Positions 1 through 9,060 of a stretch of 64,000 bases of DNA are shown here, in pieces. Both the position numbers and the translations under genes were made by a program. Source of the DNA: a virus. The DNA is taken from positions 1-64,000 of IMG/VR virus record IMGVR_UViG_3300025154_000069; one strand, 5' to 3'. The notes under the pieces are model-generated. The model searched no databases. It was given only the letters and a program-made list of their open reading frames with translations, and was not told the origin of the DNA. How positions within the stretch are numbered: the stretch's first letter is position 1; every line of letters begins with the position of its first letter.

Positions 1-135
1 AATAATTCTTATTTTTTGCATCCGGAACGCAAATTTTTAAACTTTTTTAAAAAATTTTTTCTATTTATATTACTTTCATTATTATAACATTACATTAAAA
101 AATATAACCCTTATTAAGCCTTAATAAAAAATAAA

Positions 136-167
136 TTTGCATATTAAATAAATCTGATATATATTTG
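136..167 (+). promoter_or_regulatory. Bacteroidota primary-sigma promoter (-33 TTTG, -7 TATATTTG)
   Basis: TTTG 136-139, 20-nt spacer, TATATTTG 160-167; fits TTTG-N19-21-TAnnTTTG. Confidence 0.8.
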
Positions 168-497
168 CTTATTCTTTGATAAAAGGAATTAAGCACTTAA
201 GACCGGCACCGGCACAATAAAAGCCAAAGAGCAAATAAAAACCGGATGCAACCAAAGAAAGAAAGACGCAGGGCAGAGACGGGATGAGATACAAGGCAAG
301 AAACCGAAAATAAAACCGCCGGGAGGCACGATAAAAACGGGATAAAGCCGGAACGAAAGAAAGCTATTTTTTGAAGGACTGAAAAGAACCGGGATAATTA
401 AAGACAAATAAAGACCTTTTAAAGCCATTTACAGGGCTTTTAATTATCCGGATTGAAAAGGCATAAGAATTTAATAAACTCTTTAATTTATTACACA

Positions 498-1664
498 ATG
501 GAAACGACAAAAAACAACACTTTTGCAAAAGGAATGAATAATTTACCTCATTCTTTCGGATTATCAAATGACAAGACGAAAATCTTTGAATTTTGTTCAT
601 TCGGGTTTATTACTCTCTCATTAGCTTTTCATAAATCATTTATTAAATTGATTGATGCATGGCACACAATAGAAAGTATTTTGGTTCAAAACAAAGGAAC
701 CAACGTACAGTATGCTTCATCTTTCATCTTGAATGAATTTATTTTGAGCGAAGAAAAGAAAGAGCTAACGGACGCAAATATTTTAAAATTTTATGCCGAA
801 TTTAACAAGCAACCTGTTAAGTTTCATTTATTGGAATACTTAAAAGACTTAACACCAAGCGACTTAAAAGAGTTTGTGGATTCATTGAATTTAGGCCAAT
901 CTTTTGACTCATTTTCACATACCGAGACCAAAAAAATCGGGGAAATGTTAGAGATTAAAGCAGAATATGACAGGGATTACGTACCTGCCATGCTTGTATC
1001 TCGAAATGATTTTTACGACCTATTACTCACAAAGACCAGAGATGGTTATGCTTTTGGAATGTTCCCAATGCTCAAAGAATATAAGCAAAGGGAATTTAAA
1101 GCCGAAAGATGGGTAAAAGAGCAAATAGAAACCATGAAAGAACTTTTTTCCGAGTGGGTGGTTGAGGTTGAAGAACGAAAAGAAAGAATATCTAAAAAAG
1201 CCATTGCAGAAATGCAAGCCGAAGAGAAAAAAGCCGAAAAAAGTGCTTCCTTTAAAGTGAACTTTGATAAAAAGATTGAACACTTACAGGGCAAGGAGAC
1301 AGCAGAAAAGCTCACAGAGGCATACAACGAAGCAAGAAAAGCAACTTTTGCCGGCAATATCTCAAAAAATGATATGGTTGCATTAAATGCAGCCTATAAA
1401 GAGCTTTTAAAACCTTTTGAAGCAACCAAGGAAGCAACAAAGCAAGCTGAAAAGCAAGAAAAGGAACTTTTGAAGGCTGCAAAATTGGCAGAAAAGGAAC
1501 TTTTGAAGGCTGAGAAGGAAGCAAGCAAGCAAGCAAGCAAACAACCGGAACCGGAACCAGAAAAGAAACCGGAACCGATCAAGGCAGGCAGCAAAAAAAC
1601 GGATGCAAAGAAAGAGCAACCCGAACCGATTAAGGCTAAAAAATTGAACCCACTAAAAAAATAA
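498..1664 (+). CDS. Hypothetical protein with K/E/A-rich repetitive C-terminus
   Basis: Long ORF (track start 453 is TTG; ATG 498 more likely); EKELLKA and PEPIKA repeats; own promoter and terminator. Confidence 0.75.
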   Translation: METTKNNTFAKGMNNLPHSFGLSNDKTKIFEFCSFGFITLSLAFHKSFIKLIDAWHTIESILVQNKGTNVQYASSFILNEFILSEEKKELTDANILKFYAEFNKQPVKFHLLEYLKDLTPSDLKEFVDSLNLGQSFDSFSHTETKKIGEMLEIKAEYDRDYVPAMLVSRNDFYDLLLTKTRDGYAFGMFPMLKEYKQREFKAERWVKEQIETMKELFSEWVVEVEERKERISKKAIAEMQAEEKKAEKSASFKVNFDKKIEHLQGKETAEKLTEAYNEARKATFAGNISKNDMVALNAAYKELLKPFEATKEATKQAEKQEKELLKAAKLAEKELLKAEKEASKQASKQPEPEPEKKPEPIKAGSKKTDAKKEQPEPIKAKKLNPLKK

Positions 1665-1672
1665 GACTTTTT

Positions 1673-1702
1673 AAGGAATGCAAAAACTGCATTCCTTTTT
1701 TT
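1673..1702 (+). terminator. Rho-independent terminator
   Basis: AAGGAATGCA-aaaac-TGCATTCCTT followed by a T run, 8 nt after the stop. Confidence 0.85.
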
Positions 1703-1715
1703 ATGCCTATAAGCG

Positions 1716-1792
1716 AACAAGCCTACAGGACTACAGACAAACAAGCCTACAGGACTACAGACAAACAAGCCTACAGGACTACAGACAAACAA
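1716..1792. repeat. Perfect tandem repeat, 3.2 x 24 bp (AACAAGCCTACAGGACTACAGACA)
   Basis: Copies at 1716, 1740 and 1764 plus a partial copy; each holds CTACAG twice. Confidence 0.95.
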
Positions 1793-1924
1793 AAATAAAA
1801 CCGGGCTAAAGGGAGATAAAAGTAACTCAAAAGTGCTTAAAATCATTCATTTATGCATATCTTTACATAGAAAATAACAACAGAAGCAGAAAAACGATGT
1901 AGAAACCTAACAAAAAAGAGAAGT

Positions 1925-2278
1925 ATGCCAATTTTAAAGGATTATTTGAAGATGTTCCACGGAGCTAAGCAAAAAGAGTTGGAGAATATGAAACTTGTTG
2001 ACGAGTACAACAGATTCATGGAGAAAGAGGTCAAACCTTTTATGGTTAAAGAGTTGGAAGATGTGTTCGGAGAGGAAGTTTCGGTCAAATTGAGGATTCC
2101 GAAGAGTATCCCGGAAGCAAAGGATTTGAAACTTTACAATCAGTCCAATCTTAGGATATTGCAGCTTGCAGATGTTAAGATCGAGCATGATGTGAGAACG
2201 GTTGAAATGGCTCAATTCAAGAGCAGGGAGGATTTCAACGAAAGGTTTGTGAAGGTTGTAGCTGACTTATTCGACTAA
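1925..2278 (+). CDS. Hypothetical protein
   Basis: ATG ORF with A-rich upstream, first gene of a tight operon. Confidence 0.7.
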   Translation: MPILKDYLKMFHGAKQKELENMKLVDEYNRFMEKEVKPFMVKELEDVFGEEVSVKLRIPKSIPEAKDLKLYNQSNLRILQLADVKIEHDVRTVEMAQFKSREDFNERFVKVVADLFD

Positions 2279-2280
2279 AG

Positions 2281-2520
2281 ATGGAAGGGTTACAGATTGA
2301 TAAGGTTTACAGGTATGCTGAATGTAGCATACCTTCCCCTTTAGGGGGTGGGGCTATGGAGAGACTAAAGAAGGTTTCCTCTATTGTTACAGAAGAAAAG
2401 CTAGTGATATTTTCTGAAAATATTGAAAGGTGCCATGATGGGTATGGCGACAAATTGCTCTATGGGTTGTCCGAACTCATGAGAAACGAGGGTTTGAATT
2501 TAATAGTAATAAAGCTATGA
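2281..2520 (+). CDS. Hypothetical protein
   Basis: ORF tightly packed between neighbours, ATGA overlap downstream. Confidence 0.6.
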   Translation: MEGLQIDKVYRYAECSIPSPLGGGAMERLKKVSSIVTEEKLVIFSENIERCHDGYGDKLLYGLSELMRNEGLNLIVIKL

Positions 2521-2891
2521 ACGAAATAAACGACATCAGGCATATGTTGTGCCTTTATGGGAATGCAGAAAGACAGAGTTTTGGCACAGGCCGAGATGTG
2601 TTGGTTAGATACCTAAAGGAAAATTATGGGGGTGTTGGTAGAGAAGCAGAAAGAGAAAAACTGACAGAAGCGTTTTATTTGAAGGATGGAAAGCATTTCT
2701 CACTTACGGGGTTCCGTGAGGATTTGATGGTTTACCACAAAACCTACGGTAGTGAGTTTACCGAAAAGAGGAAGTATGATTACAGGATAAGAAGGGGAGT
2801 GGATAAGGTTTATGAAGAGAGGGAAGAGGATGATAGTTGCAGGTTCCTTACAAGAACAATAGAGGGGCAGGTTGTATTGGGCTTAATTTAA
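2517..2891 (+). CDS. Hypothetical protein
   Basis: ATGA-coupled ORF. Confidence 0.65.
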   Translation: MNEINDIRHMLCLYGNAERQSFGTGRDVLVRYLKENYGGVGREAEREKLTEAFYLKDGKHFSLTGFREDLMVYHKTYGSEFTEKRKYDYRIRRGVDKVYEEREEDDSCRFLTRTIEGQVVLGLI

Positions 2892-2970
2892 AAGAAAGTA
2901 AGGATATATAGTAAAGAATAAGAATATTATTTATACCTTTATATATTATATATACTAAAAGACACAAAGT

Positions 2971-3456
2971 ATGAAATTATCAGTAAAGCATGAAGTTCTC
3001 GACTTCACTATGCAATTCACACCTGACTACTCTAACAGCAGGTTCCTCAATCTTCTATCTTCAAAAACTATGGGGGAAGCGGAGAGAGTGTTGGAGGATT
3101 ATTGGAGGGTACATCTTGGAACAGTACCAACAGGGAAGAGTGTCCGATACCTTAGATCAGTGATTATAAACTTTAATCTGGTAAGGTACTCTGATACTAT
3201 CATCGACATCAACAAGTATCATATGGGTCTTGCCTACTTAGGCACAGCAATAACCCACGTTGTTTTCGCTATGGTTATTCCTGCGAAAATTTTGGGGGAT
3301 GAGGCATTAAGGGATGCATTATGTGAAGTAGGAGAATTGATAGACGAATTAGAAAAAATATTCGGTATCAAAATAGATTTAAATTATACCTTCCCGATTT
3401 CATACGGATCATTCAAGGTGTCCTTGGAAGAGGGAGACGGGGATAAGAAAGAATAA
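2971..3456 (+). CDS. Hypothetical protein
   Basis: 161-aa ORF after an AT-rich intergenic region. Confidence 0.65.
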   Translation: MKLSVKHEVLDFTMQFTPDYSNSRFLNLLSSKTMGEAERVLEDYWRVHLGTVPTGKSVRYLRSVIINFNLVRYSDTIIDINKYHMGLAYLGTAITHVVFAMVIPAKILGDEALRDALCEVGELIDELEKIFGIKIDLNYTFPISYGSFKVSLEEGDGDKKE

Positions 3457-3468
3457 GAGTGTTTTGTG

Positions 3469-3617
3469 TCTTGTTTAATAGGGAAACAGGGGGGATGCTT
3501 ATGAAGAATTGTGGTTAAGACCGACTTGTACGTATGGAGATATGACAGAGAAGGTAGACCACGGTAAGAACTTCAAGAAAACGTGGTTTGTTTCGACCCC
3601 CCTCCCTTTAAACGAGA
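3469..3617 (+). ncRNA. Candidate structured RNA element (~150 nt)
   Basis: 3469-3494 pairs with 3597-3617 (about 21 bp in three segments); inner ACCACG/CGTGGT helix. Confidence 0.35.
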
Positions 3618-3741
3618 AAATTATGTGTGGAGACACCCTATATACACTCTTATGTTTGATATAAACAAAAACTACTGTAACAATTAATTCTTAATAAGGC
3701 TTAATAACTAATAGGTAATAATAACTAATAAGGGTAAGGTA

Positions 3742-4548
3742 ATGACGGAAAAAACTAAATGGGTCGGGTTTGGAAAATCTGACATTGATTGGGTGGCAAT
3801 GACGGTTGAAAAGATCGGATGGATCAGTGGTGTTCTTGGATTGAACAAATGGCATAAGCAGATAGGTGAGGTTTCGGAGGGGAAGATGATTCTCGGTAAT
3901 TTAGATTTGCCAAAGAAGGGTAGGTTTAAGATCGTGTTGGTTCCTGATGATGGAACTCTAAAGGTTGATGATATGGGTGGGGTAGACCTTGACAAGATAG
4001 ATGAAAAAGATATGGGTAGGTATAAGATTGAGGGTATCGAAGAGGTTGTAACTGATATGAAGATCGTTATGGGTAACAATGATGGAGAGATGCCGGAAAA
4101 GAAGAGTAATGATGTGCTTACCGACTCCGATATACCGATAAAGGCGGGTAAGGCTAAGTACACGGGTAAAAGGAAGTACACGAAGAAGCATGTTGATTAC
4201 CGGTATCGAACAAAAGGGCAGATTAAGTCCGGTGATCTTATACGTGTTGCAGGAATAGGGTATTTCCGCTATTTAGGTAACGGGGAGTGTATGTCTGTTC
4301 ATGGTGGTATCGAGAAAATGGATTCTATGAAGGGTAACAATATGTACAAGGTTGCTTCTGACAGGGTGGTTATCGGTGTTAATGGAATCTTGTCTAAGGA
4401 ATGGTACTCGAAATTTGGCGGAGAGGCATTCGATGTTAGAGATGGTAATGTTTCCGATTTGCATATAACGGAGATGCCGGAGGATCACTATGTGGTATCA
4501 AATGGGAAATATTCCGGACAGGTTATAGCCAAGAAACATTGTTTATAA
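3742..4548 (+). CDS. Hypothetical protein with a basic KRKYTKK linker
   Basis: 268-aa ORF. Confidence 0.7.
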   Translation: MTEKTKWVGFGKSDIDWVAMTVEKIGWISGVLGLNKWHKQIGEVSEGKMILGNLDLPKKGRFKIVLVPDDGTLKVDDMGGVDLDKIDEKDMGRYKIEGIEEVVTDMKIVMGNNDGEMPEKKSNDVLTDSDIPIKAGKAKYTGKRKYTKKHVDYRYRTKGQIKSGDLIRVAGIGYFRYLGNGECMSVHGGIEKMDSMKGNNMYKVASDRVVIGVNGILSKEWYSKFGGEAFDVRDGNVSDLHITEMPEDHYVVSNGKYSGQVIAKKHCL

Positions 4549-4567
4549 TTTCTAAATAAGACATAAA

Positions 4568-4750
4568 ATGGTATACACAAAAGAAAAATTTAAAGAACTT
4601 TGGGATTCCGATGAAGATGGCGGAGGTATCACGTATGAGGATATTATCGACTGTGCAAAAGATTGGGGGTTGTCGGATGATGCACCTAAAACCCACATCA
4701 CTATGGTTATGTACAAGGTTTTAAAAGCTGCCGACTGTAAGGACATATAA
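4568..4750 (+). CDS. Hypothetical protein
   Basis: 60-aa ORF with A-rich start context. Confidence 0.65.
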   Translation: MVYTKEKFKELWDSDEDGGGITYEDIIDCAKDWGLSDDAPKTHITMVMYKVLKAADCKDI

Positions 4751-4761
4751 ACATACCGGGT

Positions 4762-4941
4762 ATGAAGAAATGGAAGTATAAAAAGACAGAAAAGCTGCAT
4801 GAGAATATTGATAGATTGTGTGAGCACTATAAGTTGTCGGATGAAATAAAGGAAGCGGTTACCACGCTATCAAAGAATAGCTACACGCTTGGTTCAAATG
4901 ATTGTTATATACTCTTAAAAAGAAAAAATGGAAAAAATTGA
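4762..4941 (+). CDS. Hypothetical 59-aa protein (not in ORF track)
   Basis: MKKWKYKKTEKLHENIDRLCEHYKLSDEIKEAV...KNGKN*; fills the gap and overlaps the MTase start. Confidence 0.6.
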   Translation: MKKWKYKKTEKLHENIDRLCEHYKLSDEIKEAVTTLSKNSYTLGSNDCYILLKRKNGKN

Positions 4942-5689
4942 AGTATTTCAAAATTGCACGGTTTATGTAAATACGGTTTACGGAAATGTTATTAAGCTCC
5001 CTGATGTTCAACTTGACAGACAGGTTTACATGGAGGTTAAAAAAGCCTTTGAGGGTATTGGGGGAAAATGGGTCGGAGGTAAGGTTTACGGCTTTAAATT
5101 CAACGCAGACCCTACGGAACTGTTGGAAAAACTTGCCGGAGGTGACAAAATAAACCTTAAAAAGGATTATCAGTTCTTCGAGACTCCGAGTGATATTGCG
5201 GACTATGTGGTAGAGATGGCCGGACTGAAAGAAGAGCATATGATATTGGAGCCGAGTGCGGGTCACGGGGCTATGTTGAAAGCAATAAACAAGATTTTTC
5301 CCGGTAAAGAGGTTGACTGCTACGAATTAAGCCCGGATAATAGGAAAGTGCTGTTGAAAGAGACAGTATTATTCAAAGCTGCGGTTCTCGGAAACGACTT
5401 TATGACAAGCGATCTTTCGATGAGGTATGATAGGATAGTTGCCAATCCCCCATTTACAAAGAATCAGGACATAGTTCATATCCAAAGAATGTATAAGCAC
5501 CTAAAACACGGGGGTAGATTGGTTTCTATTGCTTCTAAGCATTGGGAGATTTCAAACAACTCGGTGGAGACTGAATTTAGGAACTTTCTTTGCGAGGTAA
5601 AGGCAGAGATAAGCCCATTGCCAAAGGGCAGTTTTAAGGAAAGCGGCACAGAAATAGCAACAAACATAATAGTAATCAATAAAAAATAG
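4928..5689 (+). CDS. SAM-dependent amino-DNA methyltransferase (likely N6-adenine)
   Basis: Motif I ILEPSAGHG, catalytic IVANPPF, C-terminal F.ESGT. Confidence 0.85.
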   Translation: MEKIEVFQNCTVYVNTVYGNVIKLPDVQLDRQVYMEVKKAFEGIGGKWVGGKVYGFKFNADPTELLEKLAGGDKINLKKDYQFFETPSDIADYVVEMAGLKEEHMILEPSAGHGAMLKAINKIFPGKEVDCYELSPDNRKVLLKETVLFKAAVLGNDFMTSDLSMRYDRIVANPPFTKNQDIVHIQRMYKHLKHGGRLVSIASKHWEISNNSVETEFRNFLCEVKAEISPLPKGSFKESGTEIATNIIVINKK

Positions 5690-5695
5690 ATAAGA

Positions 5696-5878
5696 ATGAA
5701 CGGATATAATGTCGGTGACAAGGTTATGCTCCCGAATTTTGAGGAGGGGGTGATTGAAAGCATAGAAAAGGGACTTACTCATTATCCCTTTAAGGTTAGG
5801 ATAACAAGGGCAGTTTTTAGCACTGTGGATGAGATACAGGAATTTGGCTCCGGAACACTTGATTTATTTAATTGGTAA
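5696..5878 (+). CDS. Small KOW/SH3-like hypothetical protein
   Basis: YNVGDKV start followed by a beta-rich pattern. Confidence 0.55.
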   Translation: MNGYNVGDKVMLPNFEEGVIESIEKGLTHYPFKVRITRAVFSTVDEIQEFGSGTLDLFNW

Positions 5879-5882
5879 TGCT

Positions 5883-6512
5883 ATGAAAGAATTACAAAGC
5901 TTAATGGATGATATTTCCACGTGGTCGAATGCTACGTTTGGGAAGTATGATCGAACAAAGTCGATAACGCACCACTTGAAAAAAGAAGTTGACGAGTTGT
6001 TACAGGTATTAGAAGAGGTATACTCTGTAGTCAGAGATGAGAGTATAGGTGTGGTGGAGACCAATAAAAAGATTCAAAAAGCAAAGATGGAATATGCCGA
6101 CTGCTTTATGTTGCTGTTGGATTCTGCATACCACTTTGGCTTAACTGCCGAAACTATTTTTGAGGTAACCCGCCAAAAGCTCGAAGTAAATAAACACAGG
6201 CATTGGGGTAAACCGGATAAAAACGGAGTTGTTGAGCATTTAGAATTTGTCAAATGCGGGTGTTATAAATGTGATACTACTGCAAATAAAGAAGAAGGGC
6301 AGCAAAATATGTCGAAGGAAGAGGCTGTATTGTCTATGGCTATGGGAGATAAGGTCACTCATAGATTTTTCGAGAAAGGTGAGTGGATGAGCATGAAAGA
6401 TGGAATGATAATACTTGATGATGGTGCTACCTGCACCCCTTATGAATTTTGGGAAAAGCGAAAAGGGTTCGGTTGGAGTGACGGCTATTCTATTTACAAA
6501 GAAAAAAATTAG
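5883..6512 (+). CDS. DUF550-like (MazG-fold) dATP/dGTP pyrophosphohydrolase fused to a small C-terminal domain
   Basis: HLKKEVDEL...EYADCFMLLLD...KLEVNKHRHWGKPD..GVVEH pattern; ATG 5883 preferred to the track start. Confidence 0.75.
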   Translation: MKELQSLMDDISTWSNATFGKYDRTKSITHHLKKEVDELLQVLEEVYSVVRDESIGVVETNKKIQKAKMEYADCFMLLLDSAYHFGLTAETIFEVTRQKLEVNKHRHWGKPDKNGVVEHLEFVKCGCYKCDTTANKEEGQQNMSKEEAVLSMAMGDKVTHRFFEKGEWMSMKDGMIILDDGATCTPYEFWEKRKGFGWSDGYSIYKEKN

Positions 6513-6515
6513 GGT

Positions 6516-6797
6516 ATGGAAAATATAAGGGCTGAGATACCGATTGTTGGAACTATAAAAAGGTCTGATCTTACATGCAATGTTCCTCTCGATGCCGAGT
6601 TTGCATCTTTAAACCTTAGCGGTGAGTTTATACAGAAGTTTTATAAATTCAAGACCATTAACTATAATGATGGTGATTCTTTGGAGGCTTTCCAATATGA
6701 GTCGGAAGGGGGTGGGTGGTATAATTCAAGCTATAATCGTGATGGTGTTGATTATCCTAAATTAAAGGATGCCAAGTTTTTAAAAATTGTCGACTAA
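6516..6797 (+). CDS. Hypothetical protein
   Basis: ORF in operon. Confidence 0.6.
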   Translation: MENIRAEIPIVGTIKRSDLTCNVPLDAEFASLNLSGEFIQKFYKFKTINYNDGDSLEAFQYESEGGGWYNSSYNRDGVDYPKLKDAKFLKIVD

Positions 6798-6807
6798 AAC
6801 AATAAAA

Positions 6808-6984
6808 ATGGGAAAAAAGAAAGAAAAGTTTACGAATTACACGCTTGTAGATATGTCTACAGGAAAACATGTTTTACAACTCTCCATGCCGAACGGTATA
6901 GATCATGAGGCAAGGCTGAAAAGCAAGAGATTTGCTGTCAGCTTAGACAGGAAAATACCGATTGAAAACTTAAAGTGGGGGTAA
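6808..6984 (+). CDS. Hypothetical protein
   Basis: ORF in operon, ATG at 6808. Confidence 0.55.
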   Translation: MGKKKEKFTNYTLVDMSTGKHVLQLSMPNGIDHEARLKSKRFAVSLDRKIPIENLKWG

Positions 6985-6985
6985 G

Positions 6986-7246
6986 ATGCTTGATATTTAC
7001 AACAAACATATCGAACTTGTAGGTACTTGCTCACAGATAGTGGGGGATGAGTATGATATGATGTTTCAAGGGGCTAAGAAAGCGAACGGGAGTAAGATAA
7101 GAAGGATGATAAAAAGAGACTGCCCGGAACTGTATGAGGCTATCTGTCTTGATTTCTACAACCCATTTGAGTATCAAAGCCAGAGAACCGAAACACACTT
7201 GATTTATGTTCACAGTATGATAGACTATTTTTTCCGGGTGATATGA
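6986..7246 (+). CDS. Hypothetical protein
   Basis: ORF in operon, ATGA overlap. Confidence 0.65.
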   Translation: MLDIYNKHIELVGTCSQIVGDEYDMMFQGAKKANGSKIRRMIKRDCPELYEAICLDFYNPFEYQSQRTETHLIYVHSMIDYFFRVI

Positions 7247-7662
7247 TAGCAGATTTTAAAAAAGGAGATAAGGTTGCCAGCAATACTTTTGGACTCATGG
7301 AGATTGTTGAAGATACTGCATACAACTCTATGGGAGAAAAAGTGCGTTTGGAGGACAGGCACTTAAAACCAGATAAGAATATACACTTTATGGTTAAAAC
7401 AGCAAAGACCGAACCGAAAACTTTTCTGTGTGCTCGTATTAATATTCATAGGCTTATAGTCCAATATGGGGATGTGCTATCCAAAATGGGGGATGATAAG
7501 AGATATATTGTAGCAGGAATTAAAATGTCCGAAGAAGGAGCTATTTCTGTTCAATTAGCTATCCAAGGAATGCAGGTTATCGCTATTGATATTTTCTTGT
7601 CTAAGCTTATGGAAGGACTTATTTCTGGTGAGTATTACTTTAGAGAAGCAGAACTAATATGA
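7243..7662 (+). CDS. Tandem KOW/SH3-like paralogue 1
   Basis: FKKGDKV ... IHRLIVQYGDVL. Confidence 0.65.
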   Translation: MIADFKKGDKVASNTFGLMEIVEDTAYNSMGEKVRLEDRHLKPDKNIHFMVKTAKTEPKTFLCARINIHRLIVQYGDVLSKMGDDKRYIVAGIKMSEEGAISVQLAIQGMQVIAIDIFLSKLMEGLISGEYYFREAELI

Positions 7663-8012
7663 AAAAATTCGGATTCAATATTGGAGACTTTGTTTGGTAT
7701 TCCTCTTCTCTGTATTGGGTGGGAGGTATAGATGCGGTTGACGACCTTAAACTTGCCAATCTTGGTAACTCAGGGGATGTAATGGTAATTACTACAGCAC
7801 ACCCGAACAACTGTCACAGGGTTCTTGCACAGAAGGGAGACTACTTTCACGATGTAAATGTCGGTGCTATTATTCAGATAGATGATATTGTTTTCGATAG
7901 ATTTATTGATAAATATGTAATTCTTTTTACTGACATCTCTTTCAATGAGCCTGTCACAGAGTTTGAAGATAAAATAAGGGGTGGAAAGGTTATTTTTCAT
8001 AGACATGAGTAA
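7659..8012 (+). CDS. Tandem KOW/SH3-like paralogue 2
   Basis: FNIGDFV ... CHRVLAQKGDYF. Confidence 0.65.
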   Translation: MKKFGFNIGDFVWYSSSLYWVGGIDAVDDLKLANLGNSGDVMVITTAHPNNCHRVLAQKGDYFHDVNVGAIIQIDDIVFDRFIDKYVILFTDISFNEPVTEFEDKIRGGKVIFHRHE

Positions 8013-8394
8013 CTACATGATAAATAAAGGCGACTATGTTAGGTTAAAAAATCTTGACGGGATTTTTAAGGTAAATTCTATAGCCGAGGTACAGGTAGGC
8101 ACACATGATGGAAAGTCCTTACAAGGAAAGGTTTTTTATGTTGCCAATATCCACACTAAAGATATTACACAGGCTATGGCGGGGGAGGTAGAGAGGTTAC
8201 TCATACAGAAAGATGATATTCTTTATTCCACACATGATGGTACTTTTCACACGGTTTCCGGGTATAATATAGAGGTAAACAATACCCTGCATGTTAGGTT
8301 CTCTACAGGGGAGACATCTACCTACAGGGCGGTAGAGAGGTCAGTTATTTTAGGGGATATGCACTTTACGAGTATAAAACATTGGCTTAGATGA
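8005..8394 (+). CDS. Tandem KOW/SH3-like paralogue 3
   Basis: INKGDYV ... VERLLIQKDDIL; ATG 8005. Confidence 0.65.
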   Translation: MSNYMINKGDYVRLKNLDGIFKVNSIAEVQVGTHDGKSLQGKVFYVANIHTKDITQAMAGEVERLLIQKDDILYSTHDGTFHTVSGYNIEVNNTLHVRFSTGETSTYRAVERSVILGDMHFTSIKHWLR

Positions 8395-8735
8395 AATACG
8401 ATTTTAATGAAGGCGATGCTGTGCTGTATAAAGGTGGGGTATTCTATGTAACAGAGGTTTTTACATACGCACTTTATGTTTCGCAATACCCGAAAGGTAA
8501 AATTAGGGATAATAATCTGGTAGAAAAGCGTGATGTAACCAGATTTATTATTCAGCCCGGGGATAGGGTAGAGTTTAGAACCTCTATGACACAAAGCAGG
8601 AAGGTTAAAAACCTTGAGTTTATAGACGGGTATCTTACATGCCTATTTTTAGATGATGGCATTGGTAGTGAACGCATAAGATACTCTCTTTTGCTCGGTA
8701 GCCTTATTAGTATTACACAATCTATTGAAATATAA
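8391..8735 (+). CDS. Tandem KOW/SH3-like paralogue 4
   Basis: FNEGDAV ... VTRFIIQPGDRV. Confidence 0.65.
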   Translation: MKYDFNEGDAVLYKGGVFYVTEVFTYALYVSQYPKGKIRDNNLVEKRDVTRFIIQPGDRVEFRTSMTQSRKVKNLEFIDGYLTCLFLDDGIGSERIRYSLLLGSLISITQSIEI

Positions 8736-8796
8736 TACCCCTATGGTTTTAATATTTTAACAAAAATGATTACTTTTAACTAAACAAAATTTAGAT

Positions 8797-9060
8797 ATGA
8801 AAGACTTAAAAAAAGATGGTTATCAGCTACATATAGCTTTTGAACACTGTATTGCCGATGTAGTCTATGATCTCATAGATACGGCTAAGGGTGTTCACCA
8901 AAAGGAGTTCGATGATTTAGTGGAATCTATCGAAGATGTTTCAAACACTATCCCAAAAGCGGGGGAGAGTGCTGAGGATATTGGTTCATTTATGTTCTCG
9001 TTTGTCGCTTTAAGAAGAAGAAGTAAACTACAAAAGATTGATTATGAAATACGGTTTTAA
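8797..9060 (+). CDS. Hypothetical protein
   Basis: 87-aa helical-looking ORF. Confidence 0.6.
   Translation: MKDLKKDGYQLHIAFEHCIADVVYDLIDTAKGVHQKEFDDLVESIEDVSNTIPKAGESAEDIGSFMFSFVALRRRSKLQKIDYEIRF

Noticed and set aside
1716-1792. CRISPR mini-array
   Set aside because: Repeats are head-to-tail with no unique spacers
5883-6512. 2-aminoadenine (Z-genome) pathway
   Set aside because: DUF550-like gene is present but no PurZ or DatZ is recognisable in the window
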